From NCBI GenBank assembly GCA_964016885.1, contig OZ024741.1, positions 96,224,001 to 96,288,000 on the forward strand: a DNA stretch of 64,000 bases, given 5' to 3'. The position numbers and the translations under genes are program-made. Of this stretch, positions 46,767 to 61,438 are shown one piece after another (within the stretch, counting starts at the first letter, position 1; each line of letters opens with the position of its first letter). The notes under the pieces were generated by a model. It was not told the DNA's origin. It saw nothing but the letters and a program-made list of their open reading frames with translations, and made no database searches. This stretch comes from Eledone cirrhosa (taxonomy: Eukaryota).

Positions 46767-47155
46767 GATGGTTGCCCCCTCGTTATCGAGGATGGCCATT
46801 GCACGATATAACATTATTAAAAATTATCAATTAATGCTATCGTGCAATGCCTCTGCGTGAAGATTTTTTTTTTAAGTGAGTGAAAACTGTGCACTGAGCC
46901 AATCCCACTGTTGAGCGACAGTAGCTATAACCCGAAAAGAAGAAAAGATCAACATCATATATACATATACACATATATACATATATACATACATACATAT
47001 AAACAGTCGACATGTGAAGTCGATGCCTTCCATCTTCATCACAAATGATTTAGATCTCCAAATCTACGCTTTTTTTTTTCCACCCATGCCGTCGGAGAAT
47101 TTCTCCAGGATAAACTGTTTAATGCTATGTCCAGAAATTAGGAACATTATTATTT

Positions 47156-48217
47156 TGGATTGGCTGTATCGGTAGAGGGTCGGACGCCTTGATTTGCAGC
47201 TTAAAGTTACCGCCCTTCAAGGTGTGAGTTAAAATCCCGCGAGGTTAACTTTGCCTTTCATCCTTATGGAGTCGATAAAAAATGAACCAGTAATACACTG
47301 GGATAATTGCTGGCCTTGTGCCAAAATTAGAAACAATTGTTATTTTAAACTAACCATGAAGAAAAAATATGGAAATATGGAAATGTTTATTTAAAAGTGA
47401 TCCACTGGCATTTATGCAAACTGAATAATTTACCCCATTCTAAGAAATGCTATGAGCAAAATCCAGATATCAAATTCATAATAATAATAATAATGTTTCT
47501 ACTTTTGGCACAAGGCCAGCAATTTCCCCAGTGCATTACTATTACTTTATTTCATCAACTCCGTAAGGATGAAAGGCAAAGTTAACCTGGCGGGATTTGA
47601 ACCTAGAACGTAAAGGGCCATAGCTCATATGCTGTAAAGCATGGTGTCTGATGCTCTACCGATACTGTCAAACCACAGCCCTCATAATAATTGTTTCTAC
47701 TTTTGGCACAAGGCCAGCAATTACCACAGTGCATTACTGGTACTTTATTTTATCGACCCCGTAAGGATGAAAGGCAAAGTTAACCTCGGCGGTATTTGAA
47801 CTCAGAGCGTAAAGGACCGTAACTCTATGCTGCAAAGCATGGTGTCCGACTCTCTACTGATACTGCCAATTCACCACCCTTTTTAAATAATAATTGTTTC
47901 TACCTTTGGCACACAAGGCCAGCAATTACCACAGTGCATTACTGGTACTTTATTTTATCGACCCCGTATGAATGAAAGGCAAAGTTAACCACGGCGGGAT
48001 TTGAACTCAGAACTAAAGGGGCCCTATTTAAATAATTGTTTCTACTTTCGGTACAAGGCCAGCAATTAACCAGTGTATTACTGGTACTTTATTTTATCGA
48101 CCCTGTAAGGATGAAATGCAAAGTCAACCTCGGCGGGATTTGAACTCAGACCATAAAGGGCCGTAACTCTTTGCCGCAAAGCATGGCGACCGACCCTCTA
48201 CCGATATTGCCAATCCA
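47156..48217. mobile_element. SINE cluster: one plus copy (47156-47343) and four tandem minus copies (47488-48217)
   Basis: Repeated TGTTTCTACTTTTGGCACAAGGCCAG...GGATTTGAACTCAGA units. Confidence 0.9.
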
Positions 48218-48612
48218 AAATAAACGGTTAGAGGGTCCAAGGAAGGAAATTTCAGATATTACGTGTATATTCATGCAGCATTCAGTGCCCAACACTTTAA
48301 CTCGGCATTTGCTACCTTGAAGTATCTCACTAAGCTTTGTTTTTTCTAATCTGAACTATACCAACGAAGTCAAACTGACCGAAACAAATGTACGTAATTT
48401 TGCGTTTCTATACATAGAGATGACTGTTAACTCGAAACAATGTAATGTTTTTAAGTTCATGTCTTTAACAGAAAATTGGTAACAATTGTTATGAGGATTT
48501 CGGTTTCTATATACCACTCAGAGCGAAAGCGAAAATTTAGAATTTATTGTGTTCGGCATTCAATGCACCGACCGTCCTTATATTAATACACACACACACA
48601 TGTATATATATG

Positions 48613-48706
<94 letters not shown>

Positions 48707-49446
48707 TGTGTGTGTGTGTGTGTGTGTTTATGTGTGCGTTTTAACATAAGGGCGATGCATTCAATATATATATATATATAGTGAAGAAGATAAAATAAAG
48801 AAAACAGTGTGACGATAAACATAAAATAAGTGCATTGTAGTTTCAGTGAAAGGGATCAAAGGGTGATAAAGACAGTGTAGGAGGGTGAGAGAAGGGGGAG
48901 CTAAATACAATGTATCTAGTTAACAAAATATATTTCACGCTCATGTAGACTAATACGGAACAATGTATAATACATCATTCAATAGAGTACACCCCATCGC
49001 AAATGAGAATGCATCTTTATCTACCTATCAACAGATACCCTTTTCTCTCATACATAATCTGCACCCATATATACAGACAGACAGACAGACACACACACAC
49101 ACACAAACACACGCACCACACACGCACACACAAACACACGCACCACACACGCACACACACACACAACATATACATACATATATATATATTTATGTGTGTG
49201 TCCTGACTCTTATCCTATATATATATATATATATTGAAAGAGTGAAGAATTACCTATAACGATATTTTGTTATCCCTTATATATATATACGTATATATAT
49301 ATTTAAGAGTTAAACAAGATTCAATGAGTACATCAAAGAATGAGTTTTACAATAGATTGGAAGCACTCTACTGTAAAAATATTTTCCAGAGTTATTAATA
49401 TTAATTTCAAATATTAACAAAATAGATATTCCTGTGATCAATTATA

Positions 49447-49509
49447 TTTTATAATACCTATTTCAGAGGTACTGAATTAAGTTCAACAGTACGTCCTCAT
49501 CAGATAAAA
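49447..49509 (-). ncRNA. Candidate hammerhead ribozyme
   Basis: TTTTAT CTGATGA GGACGTACTG TTGAACTTAATT CAGTACCTCT GAAAT AGGT ATT ATAAAA. Decayed relatives at 30438-30498 and 40884-40945. Confidence 0.6.
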
Positions 49510-49673
49510 TAAAATGATACATGACATACCCTGACATGGTAGATGGTTAAGATTTAATTAAGGTAGTGATTAATTTATGACAAAACTCAATATTTATACC
49601 CTAATATTGAGAACATGAGAAAACGTAATACAATCAATAGAGAGAGTGTGAGTAATATATTTTAAGAAATACA

Positions 49674-49788
49674 TTCAAATCCCGCCGTGGTTAACTTTGC
49701 CTTTCATCCTTACGGGGTCGATCAAATAAAGTACCAGTAATGCATTGGTAATTTGCTGGCCTTGTGCCAAAAGTAGAAACAAATTATT
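49674..49788 (+). mobile_element. 5'-truncated SINE (same family)
   Basis: TTCAAATCCCGCCG...GTAGAAACAAATTATT. Confidence 0.85.
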
Positions 49789-49917
49789 TCTGAAGACGGC
49801 GGGTAGAGAAGACGTATGTATATTTTCTTACTTTGATAATTTGTAATATATTTTACATAGATCACTAATAGAATGTACATACGGAGAACTACACCCCAGA
49901 AACGATCATAAAATAAT
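49783..49917 (+). ncRNA. Hammerhead ribozyme with ~102-nt extended stem II (relative of 12774-12922)
   Basis: ATTATTT CTGAAGA [CGGCGGGTAG..CGTATGTATATT...AATGTACATACG..CTACACCCCA] GAAAC GATC ATA AAATAAT. One stem III mismatch. Confidence 0.6.
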
Positions 49918-50043
49918 GAGTTTTACAATGAATTACCCGTATTTTGTTTAATTTCATTGTTTTCATTATTTGTACACACACACACACACACATATATATA
50001 TGTATACATATATATCTGGCAATCAAATATCATTATATATATG

Positions 50044-50096
<53 letters not shown>

Positions 50097-50789
50097 GTCA
50101 ATCAAATATCAACGAAACATACATATATACATGTATACATACGTAGGGATATACATATATATATATATTTAAAGGGACCAACGTCAATGAACTCTGATTG
50201 ATTCATTAGATTCCGGATGAATGTCAGTAGAGATTTCCCTATAATTAATTGCTTCGTTTGTTCTGGTTTGTCAAAAATGTTTCTTTCCTTACCTGTTCTT
50301 CAATCTCCACCTTTAATTACCAGTAAAGATGTGTGATAGATCGAGTGAGAATGCGTGAAAACAATGAGAGAAAATTATAGTGTGGGAGGATAAACAATAT
50401 ATAAACTCGAAGGAGACACATAAGACAATTGTGAGTACTTTGACTTTCTGACAATTCAATCCGTCTTTTCTAAATAAAATTTGCTGCTTAAATGATAATA
50501 ATCTTACTAAACGGATGAAATCTATAAAGTTGGAAATTGTTATTTTGTTATCGTAAGTTGACAGAGATATACGTAACACGTACGAATCCCATTTTATAAT
50601 TTACTTTTAAATGTAAAGTGTTAAATGATAATTCAAAAGTCATTAATTTCAACTGCATTTCTTTAAATGTACAAAAGTAAAAATGTACTTTAAATAATGA
50701 AGGAAATATTTCATTAAAATCAGCTGTAATATTTCCAATATTACAAAAAGAAAAACGAAAGACTATTCGGGACGATGTAAAATATCAAG

Positions 50790-50975
50790 AATGGTCAGAC
50801 ACTATTATAGAGAGTCGGACGCCATGCTTTGACGCATAGAGTTAAGGCCCTTGCCACTCTGAGTTCAAATCCCGCCGAGGCTAACTTTGCCTTTCATACT
50901 TACGGGGTCGATAAAATAAAGTACCAGTAATGCACTGGGTATTTGCTGGCCTTGTGCCAAAAGTAGAAACAATTA
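50790..50975 (+). mobile_element. tRNA-derived SINE (same family)
   Basis: Body and tail match the 15856 family. Confidence 0.88.
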
Positions 50976-52238
50976 CATTATATTAAGTGTTCATTTTGTT
51001 ATATTTGTTATATTTAGTAAAACGTAATTTTTAGAATGTTTTAGAGTTTACGGCTGCATCCAGAATAGAATCTTCACTCAATGTACACTTAATTTAAATT
51101 TCAGATATTTCACACTCAATTTTATATAACATTATAAGCATATATTAATTTAGTAAAAGTCATATAATCGTGACTTTATGTATGTAGTCCTGACTTAATG
51201 TATATTTTATATTACAAACAGACAAAAAGTTAAACTATATATATCACCATTTTTCAAAATAATTGGAAATTTATGTAATTTTTCTTTCAAAAGATGATAC
51301 AGTTTATAATTATACGTCGGAACATATAATCTATTCTCACTAACGTGACAAAAATATTTGAACTTTCATTTTAAAAAGACCATTCCCCTCCCCGTCTGAG
51401 TTTAAACAAAATTTAATTTGTTGATTCATTGAGTTTCCCGAATCTCTCTCGAAACACATAAACATACCATTTTGGAAAATGTATTTACTTATCAACACAG
51501 AACAAGAGAGAGAAAAATATGCCTTATATTTGTATGGAAGACGCTTGAAGGTAATACAGAGAATACATCTGGGAGAGAGGAAATGAGAGTAGACAACAGT
51601 CTGTGAGAAGAAAGAAAATAGAAAAGATGGAAAGGAGGGTACACATATCAGAGGGGTATAATATTCAGATCATGAAACAGAACTATACTTAAACTTTCAG
51701 TATTGGGAACACATCAGCTTCCATGTTGGGAATATTTGAGTTAGTAATATATAATTTCGTTGAACCTATCGGCTCTTCACGGACCCACAGTTTTCTGCAT
51801 TTCATTATTGTAATTATAATGTACTGTTTTAGTATTTGGAGTGGGGGACTATAATCGACTATATCCATTCTTCAAATCTTAGGCCTTATGATTATGCTAC
51901 AAATCAATATTTACATTGTTTTCTGCGTTAAACTTAAAGCCAATATGTTGGGTGGCAAACAAAGTACTTTGAAAGAATTGTATTTGAGATTTAAGACACC
52001 AAGCTTTCTAATTTCAGATCTGGAGAAAATTGCTTATAAACAATTCTAGTAATATATTTTTAATAACGAGGAATTTGTTTAGTGTTTTGTGGCTTTGGTA
52101 ATCGGTTTTTGCGTTGTTTTTCCATTATTACAGAGGCGTGTGACAGCCCCCCCCCCACACACAGACACAGATACACACACACACACATATATATAGATAG
52201 AGGGAGACTGCGGTCTCTCTCTCCTCTCTCTCTCTCCC

Positions 52239-52322
<84 letters not shown>

Positions 52323-52926
52323 ACCGAGGAAAGGAAGACAGAATAAGAATGCGACACCCAGCCTTCTTTTATTTACCATGATGGAGTAAACAAATGTATA
52401 TTTCATCACAACGTTGAAAAATTACTCGATACAATATATTGACGTGAAAATAAAAGGGAGTAAAACCAAACCAAATAAAAAATTGAAAATCTAGAAAACC
52501 TATAATATTTCTATACAAATTGATTACCCATTTCTCATCTGGTGATAATGATATATGTTCTATTCACTTTTTAGATTGATGTAGCCGAGAAAGCAAATCT
52601 ACATATCTGTCTTTCAAATTCTGTTTGGGTTTTGGATCGCCGCCGCTGACAAACACGACGTAAATGACGATCAAGATAGTATACCTTCTTAGCTTGAAGA
52701 ATAACATTTCTAGATCTATTTTGGTAGAACTCTATTAATCACAAATCGTAATAACACTTATATAAAAATATAAGTTCTTGCTCTGTGAGGAGACAGAAGC
52801 GAAGAGACTGACGCTTCGTAACAAGGGAACGTGGGTTACAAACAACAACAGAGAGTTGATGGTCTGTGATTATGAAACCAGGTTTCACTAATCGATTGCG
52901 AATACAAATGCAGAGAGTCTATTGCT

Positions 52927-54335
52927 TTGTTGTTTAAATCTAGATCAGCCTATATTGAACAGCAGACCTATGATCAAAGGCCACCCAGCGTTGACAATCC
53001 CATCTTTTTTAATATATATAGTAAGATTTCATTGTCCAATTAGTCCTTTTTTTCAGATACCGGGGTAAAATTTGAGAAAAGGTTCTGTATTATTTCTAGA
53101 AGGTCGTGTCACAATGTAGAGATTTCCTTATTAGAAGGTTGTCAAACGAATATATAGACACGCTAACAGACCAGGGGGACATAGTAAAGGCAATGGACTA
53201 CTGCACCACATCAAATATTGTTCTGTCGATACAAATACAGCCATCGTAGAAATCATCCGGAGACACAACACTCGATTGATTGACATGGTATCACTAAGAC
53301 ACCGATATATAAATATACACCGCCACCCTCTGCTTTTCGAACTCTTCTAAAATGGCATCTGTCCATGAGATCTAGGTTATCTGGTTCAATCTCAACATAG
53401 ACACGTCTAACACATTTGTCTCTCCTCTCAATACTCATAATTTGTCCACTATTAACTCCTATACCTACTCGTTTCTCATCAGCACGTCAATCTTCAAAAC
53501 ATTCTCTTCCTGTGGATCAATTTGAGCACTGCCCCTTTCTCCAGACATAACTATATGAAATAAAACAGCTGAGGATGTGCTGATTTCAGGAGGGACCACC
53601 AGAAAACATCAAACTTAGAATATATTCCAAGGCATCTAAACAGATGAATTTTAATACGTTTTTCTTGCTGAGCTAAATCACCAATACGTATCCAGAAGTT
53701 CAAGGATATCAACAGCTCCTAAGGCTCATAGATTATATAATGGCTATCTTAATATGACGAGTTACCTTTTACATACTGAAAAATGATCTAGCTTTGTTTA
53801 TTTGTTGAAGATATTTTAATATTAAGCACTTGGGATGGCATGCGCATGACAAGCATTTGTTTGTTCCCTAATATGGTAAACCTCAATTATAAAAAAAATT
53901 CGTTGTTGGTGTAGTAGTAGTAGTTCTTGATTATAGTCCTTGTCAATCCAGATGAAATAGATCTCTGATCAAATCGTCACAGCATTGATCATGTTGCCTT
54001 TAGTTTCAGAAAATATATGCAGGACTAAATCATTCCGTATTTCGCGACCTTTTAAAGCTAGGAAGGTGTCGCTCGAGGCATATTAACTATTATGTCTAAT
54101 AAGTAGAGCGACTACGTAAATACTTCCTCAATGGCTCAATGAAATCTTTGCTATTGTTTGTCGTTGTTTGATTGGGGTGACCTATGGTGAAATGTATTTC
54201 GGTTGTGACCATCCTTTATCTTTAGTAGTATCTAGGACGTCATTATAAAATATGACTTTCTTTCATTTTATGACTGAGGTGTGATATGATAGATCTTTGG
54301 CTTCTGTTTTAGTAGGTCGAGAAATAACGTAGAGG
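52927..54335 (+). repeat. Three old, diverged copies of a ~200-bp interspersed repeat (52927-53140, 53925-54135, 54150-54335)
   Basis: Shared GACCTATGATCAAAG..TGACCATC..TCTTT..TCTAGGAC..GGTGTGA..TTTCTAG/TAGGTCGAG skeleton. Probable relatives near 8870-8970 and 9300-9520. Confidence 0.5.
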
Positions 54336-55554
54336 AGAGTTTCGCAAACATTTTAGGATCCTTGACCCCCCTCCCCAATGGATTGCCACATATATTCTCA
54401 TACCTTTTCCCAAAGTGTTGAAATAATCATCATCATCAGTTTATATGAGATCCCAGTATGATCCATTGATAAATTTGCCAATGTGATTATATTTTATATA
54501 TTAATAATAATGACCAAAACAGAAAAGAAAACCAAAAAGATTTTGTCAGATATACATTTATATAAAATAACAATAAGAGGCTTCCTCGAATGAGCATCGC
54601 TACTTCAGGTTCACCATCTCTTGTCAAATTTGGAGTGATTACATACTTCCACGAGAAAGCCTCTACTTGGTCGCTCGTCATGGTAGAAATAACAGTCACA
54701 TTTCCATCAAATCGAAAGCGGCCAATTTTAATCAATGAAATAGAATTAAATAACAAAATCACTAAATTAATGAGATTGTCAACCAAAATACACATGGACA
54801 TACGTCGTGACGATGGGAGGTAACGTCGGGATATTGAACAGTATCAATGACTTGTGACGTACCCAGTATGGTGATTATAATAACTGCTTGAAGACGTTCG
54901 TCAGATTCGACCAATTCGTATAAATTAAGAAATCTAATCACGAAGTAAACAACGTGATCAACGCAGCATCAGTGAACTGGGCATGTAAATTTACATGTAC
55001 AAATATAATTGTGTCTAATTATAATAAAGTAACTTCCTTTGAAAATTGAGTATATTTCATTAACGATTTAATAGAAGTAACATCAGTGTAAACAACACCT
55101 TTGAACTTGTCAAGTGACGTATCAAATATTACTCTTACATTGACAAATGATATTTAATTACACTCTCATATGGTATCTCTGTTCTCGATAGATTCTCTGA
55201 ACCTTGATTTATGTGAAACAAAATTACAGTATTTCTTGATTACTCGTAGGCATAGCCGTCTGGTCAAGGTGGACACTTAGCAACCATATGGTTCAAGGAT
55301 AGATCACATGAGTAAATCGTTTTAAAGGTAATAATCCCAAGTTGACTAATGACTTATGAGTACAATTTGCAAATGTGGGAGTGTGCATAAATAAATTAGT
55401 TTAACGCTTGAAATAGCAGATGGAGAGTCACAAAACGCCAGCACCAACAATTTTGCAAGAGATGTCAACATGAATGGACCTATTATTTTTATCTAAAGAT
55501 ATTTTTTTCCAATTCCATCCCGCCCGTCCCCATAATCTATTTTATTTCTCATTC

Positions 55555-55593
55555 TTTCTGCTGAGGAAGGACTACCGTCCGAAACGTTAAGAC
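55555..55593 (+). ncRNA. Minimal type I hammerhead ribozyme
   Basis: CTGAGGA A GGAC TACC GTCC GAAA CGTTA AGA. Palindromic AACGTT stem III; stem I is weak. Confidence 0.62.
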
Positions 55594-55687
55594 CATCTTC
55601 CTGCTATATCAAGCGTTAACCTAATATATACCTTCCATATACTGTACCGATTGTGTTGTTATTTCTGTTTACCTTTTACACACACAC

Positions 55688-55858
<171 letters not shown>

Positions 55859-56709
55859 TATATATATGGTGGCTGCCAACTTGTTTTCGAGTACGGCCAC
55901 TACTTTATATCCATGTAGGAGAACCCCTACCGATGCTCTGAACGAGTGTGACTTTTTAGTCCAGCCAGCGACTTGAGAACTCTGGTACAAACACTACACT
56001 TGTGACAATTATTGACACATAGTGCTGGACCCATGGTACCATGTGACGACAAGTGCAGAGAGATCTCCAGATATAAAGCAATGCCTGTGCCGTGAAGCTT
56101 TTATAGTGAGCAAAGGCAATGCACAAAGCCAGTCCCACTCTCTTAACCAAGATGATATTTACCAAAAAGAAGAACAAGTCAACATCAGTGGATATCATCA
56201 GGGTTGCAGGTGTTATATCAGAGTTTTCTTTCTCCTAGAATTCTGCCTTGACAAAGGCTAAGGGGTCATCTCTCCCGGTGATTTTTGGATGGCCATTGAC
56301 TCTTAAGAGTTCCTTTGCCCTTTGACAGATTTTGTGTTTAGTCCTGCAGGATGTCCAAAGTCACCCTCCTCACCAAGAAACCTTGGTGGGGTTGCCAGTT
56401 TAGTCGCCAACGACCCGACCATGAGACAGGTGGTACTGGGATACATGTTACCAGTAGCATGTTATCAGTAGCATATATGTTACCAGTAGCATACATGTTA
56501 CCAGTAGCATATATATATATATATATATTCATTAAAGTTGGTGGTTCATCACTGGAGAGGACTTTACATTCTGTGTAGTTAACCATGATGCAATAGCTTG
56601 AAAGCACACAACGCGACGCAACTCAATCATCTTTGGTTTAAGATTCAGTTGGTGGTGCCTGGATAGAGTTAAAATTATCGGCCTCTTGTCGCTTTATTCA
56701 ATTATATAT

Positions 56710-57505
<796 letters not shown>

Positions 57506-57628
57506 GCATAACAATATATATATATAAAATATATATAGAAGTGGTTACACAACAGTTAGTTCACCATACCGAGAACAATTGTTTCACCTTAGCGGATCCT
57601 CAGCTCGTAATGGACATGGTTATACGGA

Positions 57629-57660
<32 letters not shown>

Positions 57661-57695
57661 GAGTGTGTACGCGCGCGCGTGCATGTGTATGTGTG

Positions 57696-57792
<97 letters not shown>

Positions 57793-58055
57793 TATATATT
57801 ACAAAGTGAATTTTTTTTACAAAATGAAAAATATCCGAGGTGTCCTACACGATTGAAAGTATAAGGATAAAAGATGAAATCAAAAATGCAACTGGAGTCT
57901 TTTTTTAAAAATATATATTTATTTGGTTCCTTTACCGGTTTCGCAGTTCTTCTGCTTTTCATAAGTAGAATTGAAATGGAGGGTTTGTGGTTTTATATAT
58001 AATAATAAGTTGACGGACCCGGCGTATTTAACAATACCAGGACTGGCTTAAATGA

Positions 58056-58106
<51 letters not shown>

Positions 58107-58119
58107 TTATATATATATA

Positions 58120-61100
58120 TCTATCTATCTATCTAAGGCGGGTAAAATTCCCGAGATCCATGGACGAGTTCTCTCCAGCGGTCTCTGTCCCCCATTATCG
58201 CTGCCATGTCCTGCGTCTCCAACAGACCAGTGTATGTCCTTAGGGCATCAACATATGTTAACCTTGGTCTTCCTCTTCCAGTGTGTCCATGTAGGGGCTC
58301 CCAAAGGAGCACGGAGTGCAATGTCAACTCTGGATGTCGGTGAGCATGTCCAGCCAACCTCAGTCTCCTCTGTGTCACTTTTGAGCTGACTTTTGGGAGG
58401 CTCCCATACAGCTCTGAGTTTTTCATCCTCAGTGTATACTGATTAATGTTCAGAGCCATCCTCAGCATTCTCGTGTAGCACCCATCCACCATCTGAGTGA
58501 GTCTCTTGGTCAGTGTCCAAGTCTCAGACCCACACAGCAGCACAGACTCCACTACAGCAATGAAGAGGCGGATTTTCAGGTCTCTACGAAGGTCCGACTT
58601 CCACACCGATCTCAAGCTGTGGCACGCCGCCCAGGCCTTGCTCTTCCTCTCAACCACATCATCTTCCGTATTCCCAATCTTTGCTCCCAAATACAGGAAG
58701 TCCTCAATCAATTCCAGCGGCTTCCCGCCTACATTAGTGATCCCCTCTGGCTTCTCAACATTCTCTACCAGATATTTTGTTTTAGTCTCATTCATTCTCA
58801 GCCCCACACTCATCGACACAGTCTCAACCTCCCGCATCAAATCCTCTGCCTCCTTCACTGTATTTGTCACCAAAACTATGTCGTCGGCAAATTCAGCATC
58901 CGATACCTTTTTCGCCCCAACTCTCCTGCTCTGAGCCGGTGCTACAGTAAAGCCAGAGTCCTGGTGTTTCTCCAGTGCAAGGCGCATACAATAGTCCACT
59001 ACGATGATAAAAAGGTAGGGAGCCAATGTATCTCCCTGGAGCACTCCAGCCAGTATCTCAAAGAACTCTGTCATCCCATCAGGTGTAATGACTTGGGCTT
59101 TGGTGTTGGTGTAGAGCAGTGATATCAGGTCCACTATCCTCTTGGGGATTCCATAAGCCTGTAAGATCTTCATCAGGCAGTAACGGTCCACAGAATCAAA
59201 GGCCTTCCTAAAGTCAATGAAAACCATGACCGCAGGAAGGCACTTTGCTCTAGCTCCCTCTAATATCCTCCTCAGCATCAGGATGTGACTGGTGGTTGAT
59301 CTACCCTCTCTGAAGCCGTTCTGGTTGTCCCTGAGCTTCTTCTCCATCTCAGGCTGGATCCTGTTAAGAATCATCCTGTTGAGGGTCTTTGCCACAAGTG
59401 ACGTCAGTGAGATCCCCCGGTAGTTGTTGGTGTTAGAGAGATCTCCCTTCTTTGGCACTGGGACGATGTTACTGATCCTCCACTGATTCGGGGCAACTCC
59501 TTTCTCCAGTGCCCCGTTACAGAACCCCAGGATGATATCATCAAAATCACACCACTTCATCACCTCTGATGCTACTCCATCTTCTCCATGAGCCTTGCCC
59601 TCCTTGATCTTCTTCTTGGCTCTCTGAAGCTCCTCTCTGGTGAAGGGCTCTGTCTCAACATCCAGTTCCTCAAACAGCCGCCTGATCTCCCCAGTGATCT
59701 GGGCTGTGGAGGGTGGCTCTCCTAGTAGGGTCCTAAAATGGTCTAGCCATTTCCTCTTCCTATCCTCGGGCCCCGTTCCCTGGATCTGACTCGAACACCT
59801 TTTCTTTCTCCCTGTGATCTCGTTGATGATCATCCAGCTCTCCTTACATCCAGATCTGTCAACCGCTCTCTCCACACTTCTGATCTTCTCTATCAGTGCC
59901 TCCTCTCTGACCTCAGTGTAAGCGGTACAGAGCTCTTCCCTCATCACCTCCACAGTCTCCATCCTCTCCTCCGTAGGATCAGCATAGAATTGGTCCCTGG
60001 CAGCTTTCAGGTGTTCTCTGGCTGCACACACTTTTGGGTCTGCAGAGCCGACGTGCTTCCCTTTGTTCTTTTTCCTCGGCACCAGGGTTTCACTTGCTTT
60101 CGCCACTGCATTGGTGAAGTGCCCGTACCTCCTCGTCACACTCTCCTCAGTCCATCCAATCTCTCTCTCCTCTGACTCTCCACACAGAGCACTAAACCTG
60201 TTTCTCACTTCCACTGTGAACCTCTCCTGTAGCTTATCATCTCCCTTGAAAGCTCCCCAGTCATAGATTGTTCTCCGGGGCTGAGCCTTGCTCTTTCTTA
60301 AGCTCACGCGGACCTCACTCATAACAAGCCGGTGGTCACTACCCAGTGTACTGAAATAGCTGTATGGTTCCGTGTTCAGAACACTATTCCGCCACTTTTT
60401 CCTCACCAGAATGAAATCAATCTGGGACTTGGACAGGTGCATATCTGAGATGTAGGTCCACATCTTCCCCAGATTCTTCCTAAACCTTAGGTTGGTCGCC
60501 ATCAAGTTCGCCTCCAGCAGGGTGTCTCTCAGTAGTCTTCCATTTCGGTTGGTGTTGTTATGGAAGTACCAGCAAGGATCTTCACTGCCCTCCTTACTCA
60601 GATGTGCATTGAAGTCCCCCAAAACAAGCAGGATATTGTGTGCCTGAGTGGTGTTGACAGCTCTACACACTTCCTCATGGAACTCCTCGGCATTCACATC
60701 ACTGTCCCCCTCGGTTGGACTATAGGCTGAGATGACTGTCAGTCTTGGGTTTCCATTGAAGGTCACCCTCAACACTCGCGGGGAGATAGGCATTATTTCC
60801 CTCACCAACAGATTGGTTTTTGCACTGAACACAAAACCCACTCCTCCTACTGCAGCATTTGTTGTGTTCTTCACTGCCGATGTAGTGATGAGCTGGCTCT
60901 TCCTCCCGATCATCACACTCCTCACGGGCTCATCGTGTAGAATCCTGTGTTCTTGGATCGCAAGTATCTGTATACCACTCTCCTCGAACAGATGTCCCAA
61001 CTCCTCTCTCTTCTCCAGCGTTCGAATAGTCCTCACATTCAAAGTGCCCATTTTGATGGCTCTTCTGCAGGACAAAACTGCATTCTTTATATTTGTCTCA

Positions 61101-61438
61101 GAGACAGCTGATCCATCATCCACTGGCCCTCTCTGTGGCTCTAAGCCAGCAGAGTCATAACGACCAGGCTGCTCCTTGACAGTGTAATTAGGGGCTCTAA
61201 CCCTAGTGCTGTTAGATCGACTCTCCATATTTCTTTTCAATGGCTGACAATACCTTACCGGCGCCACTCGAATAAGGTAGTTATTTAACCCATAAATGGA
61301 GCCCTAACAGGTACTACCACCCCGGGCCAGGGCAGACCTGGGAGTCATGACAACTAAGGGGTAACTCCATATTACCCACATCTCCTGAACTCCCGAACTG
61401 GAGCCTTGCCACTGGATGTAGTTTAATGTCATACCCAA

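Noticed and set aside
53569-53612. CTGAGGA...GAAA motif
   Set aside because: Stems I and III cannot be formed convincingly.
54487-54823. Overlapping 104-aa and 77-aa ORFs in non-repetitive-looking DNA
   Set aside because: No recognisable domain or convincing splice context; a host exon cannot be supported without transcript or homology data.
55868-56460. GC-richer island resembling a retroelement 5' UTR or non-autonomous element
   Set aside because: Single copy in the window with no ORF, TIR or ribozyme I could verify; left unclassified.
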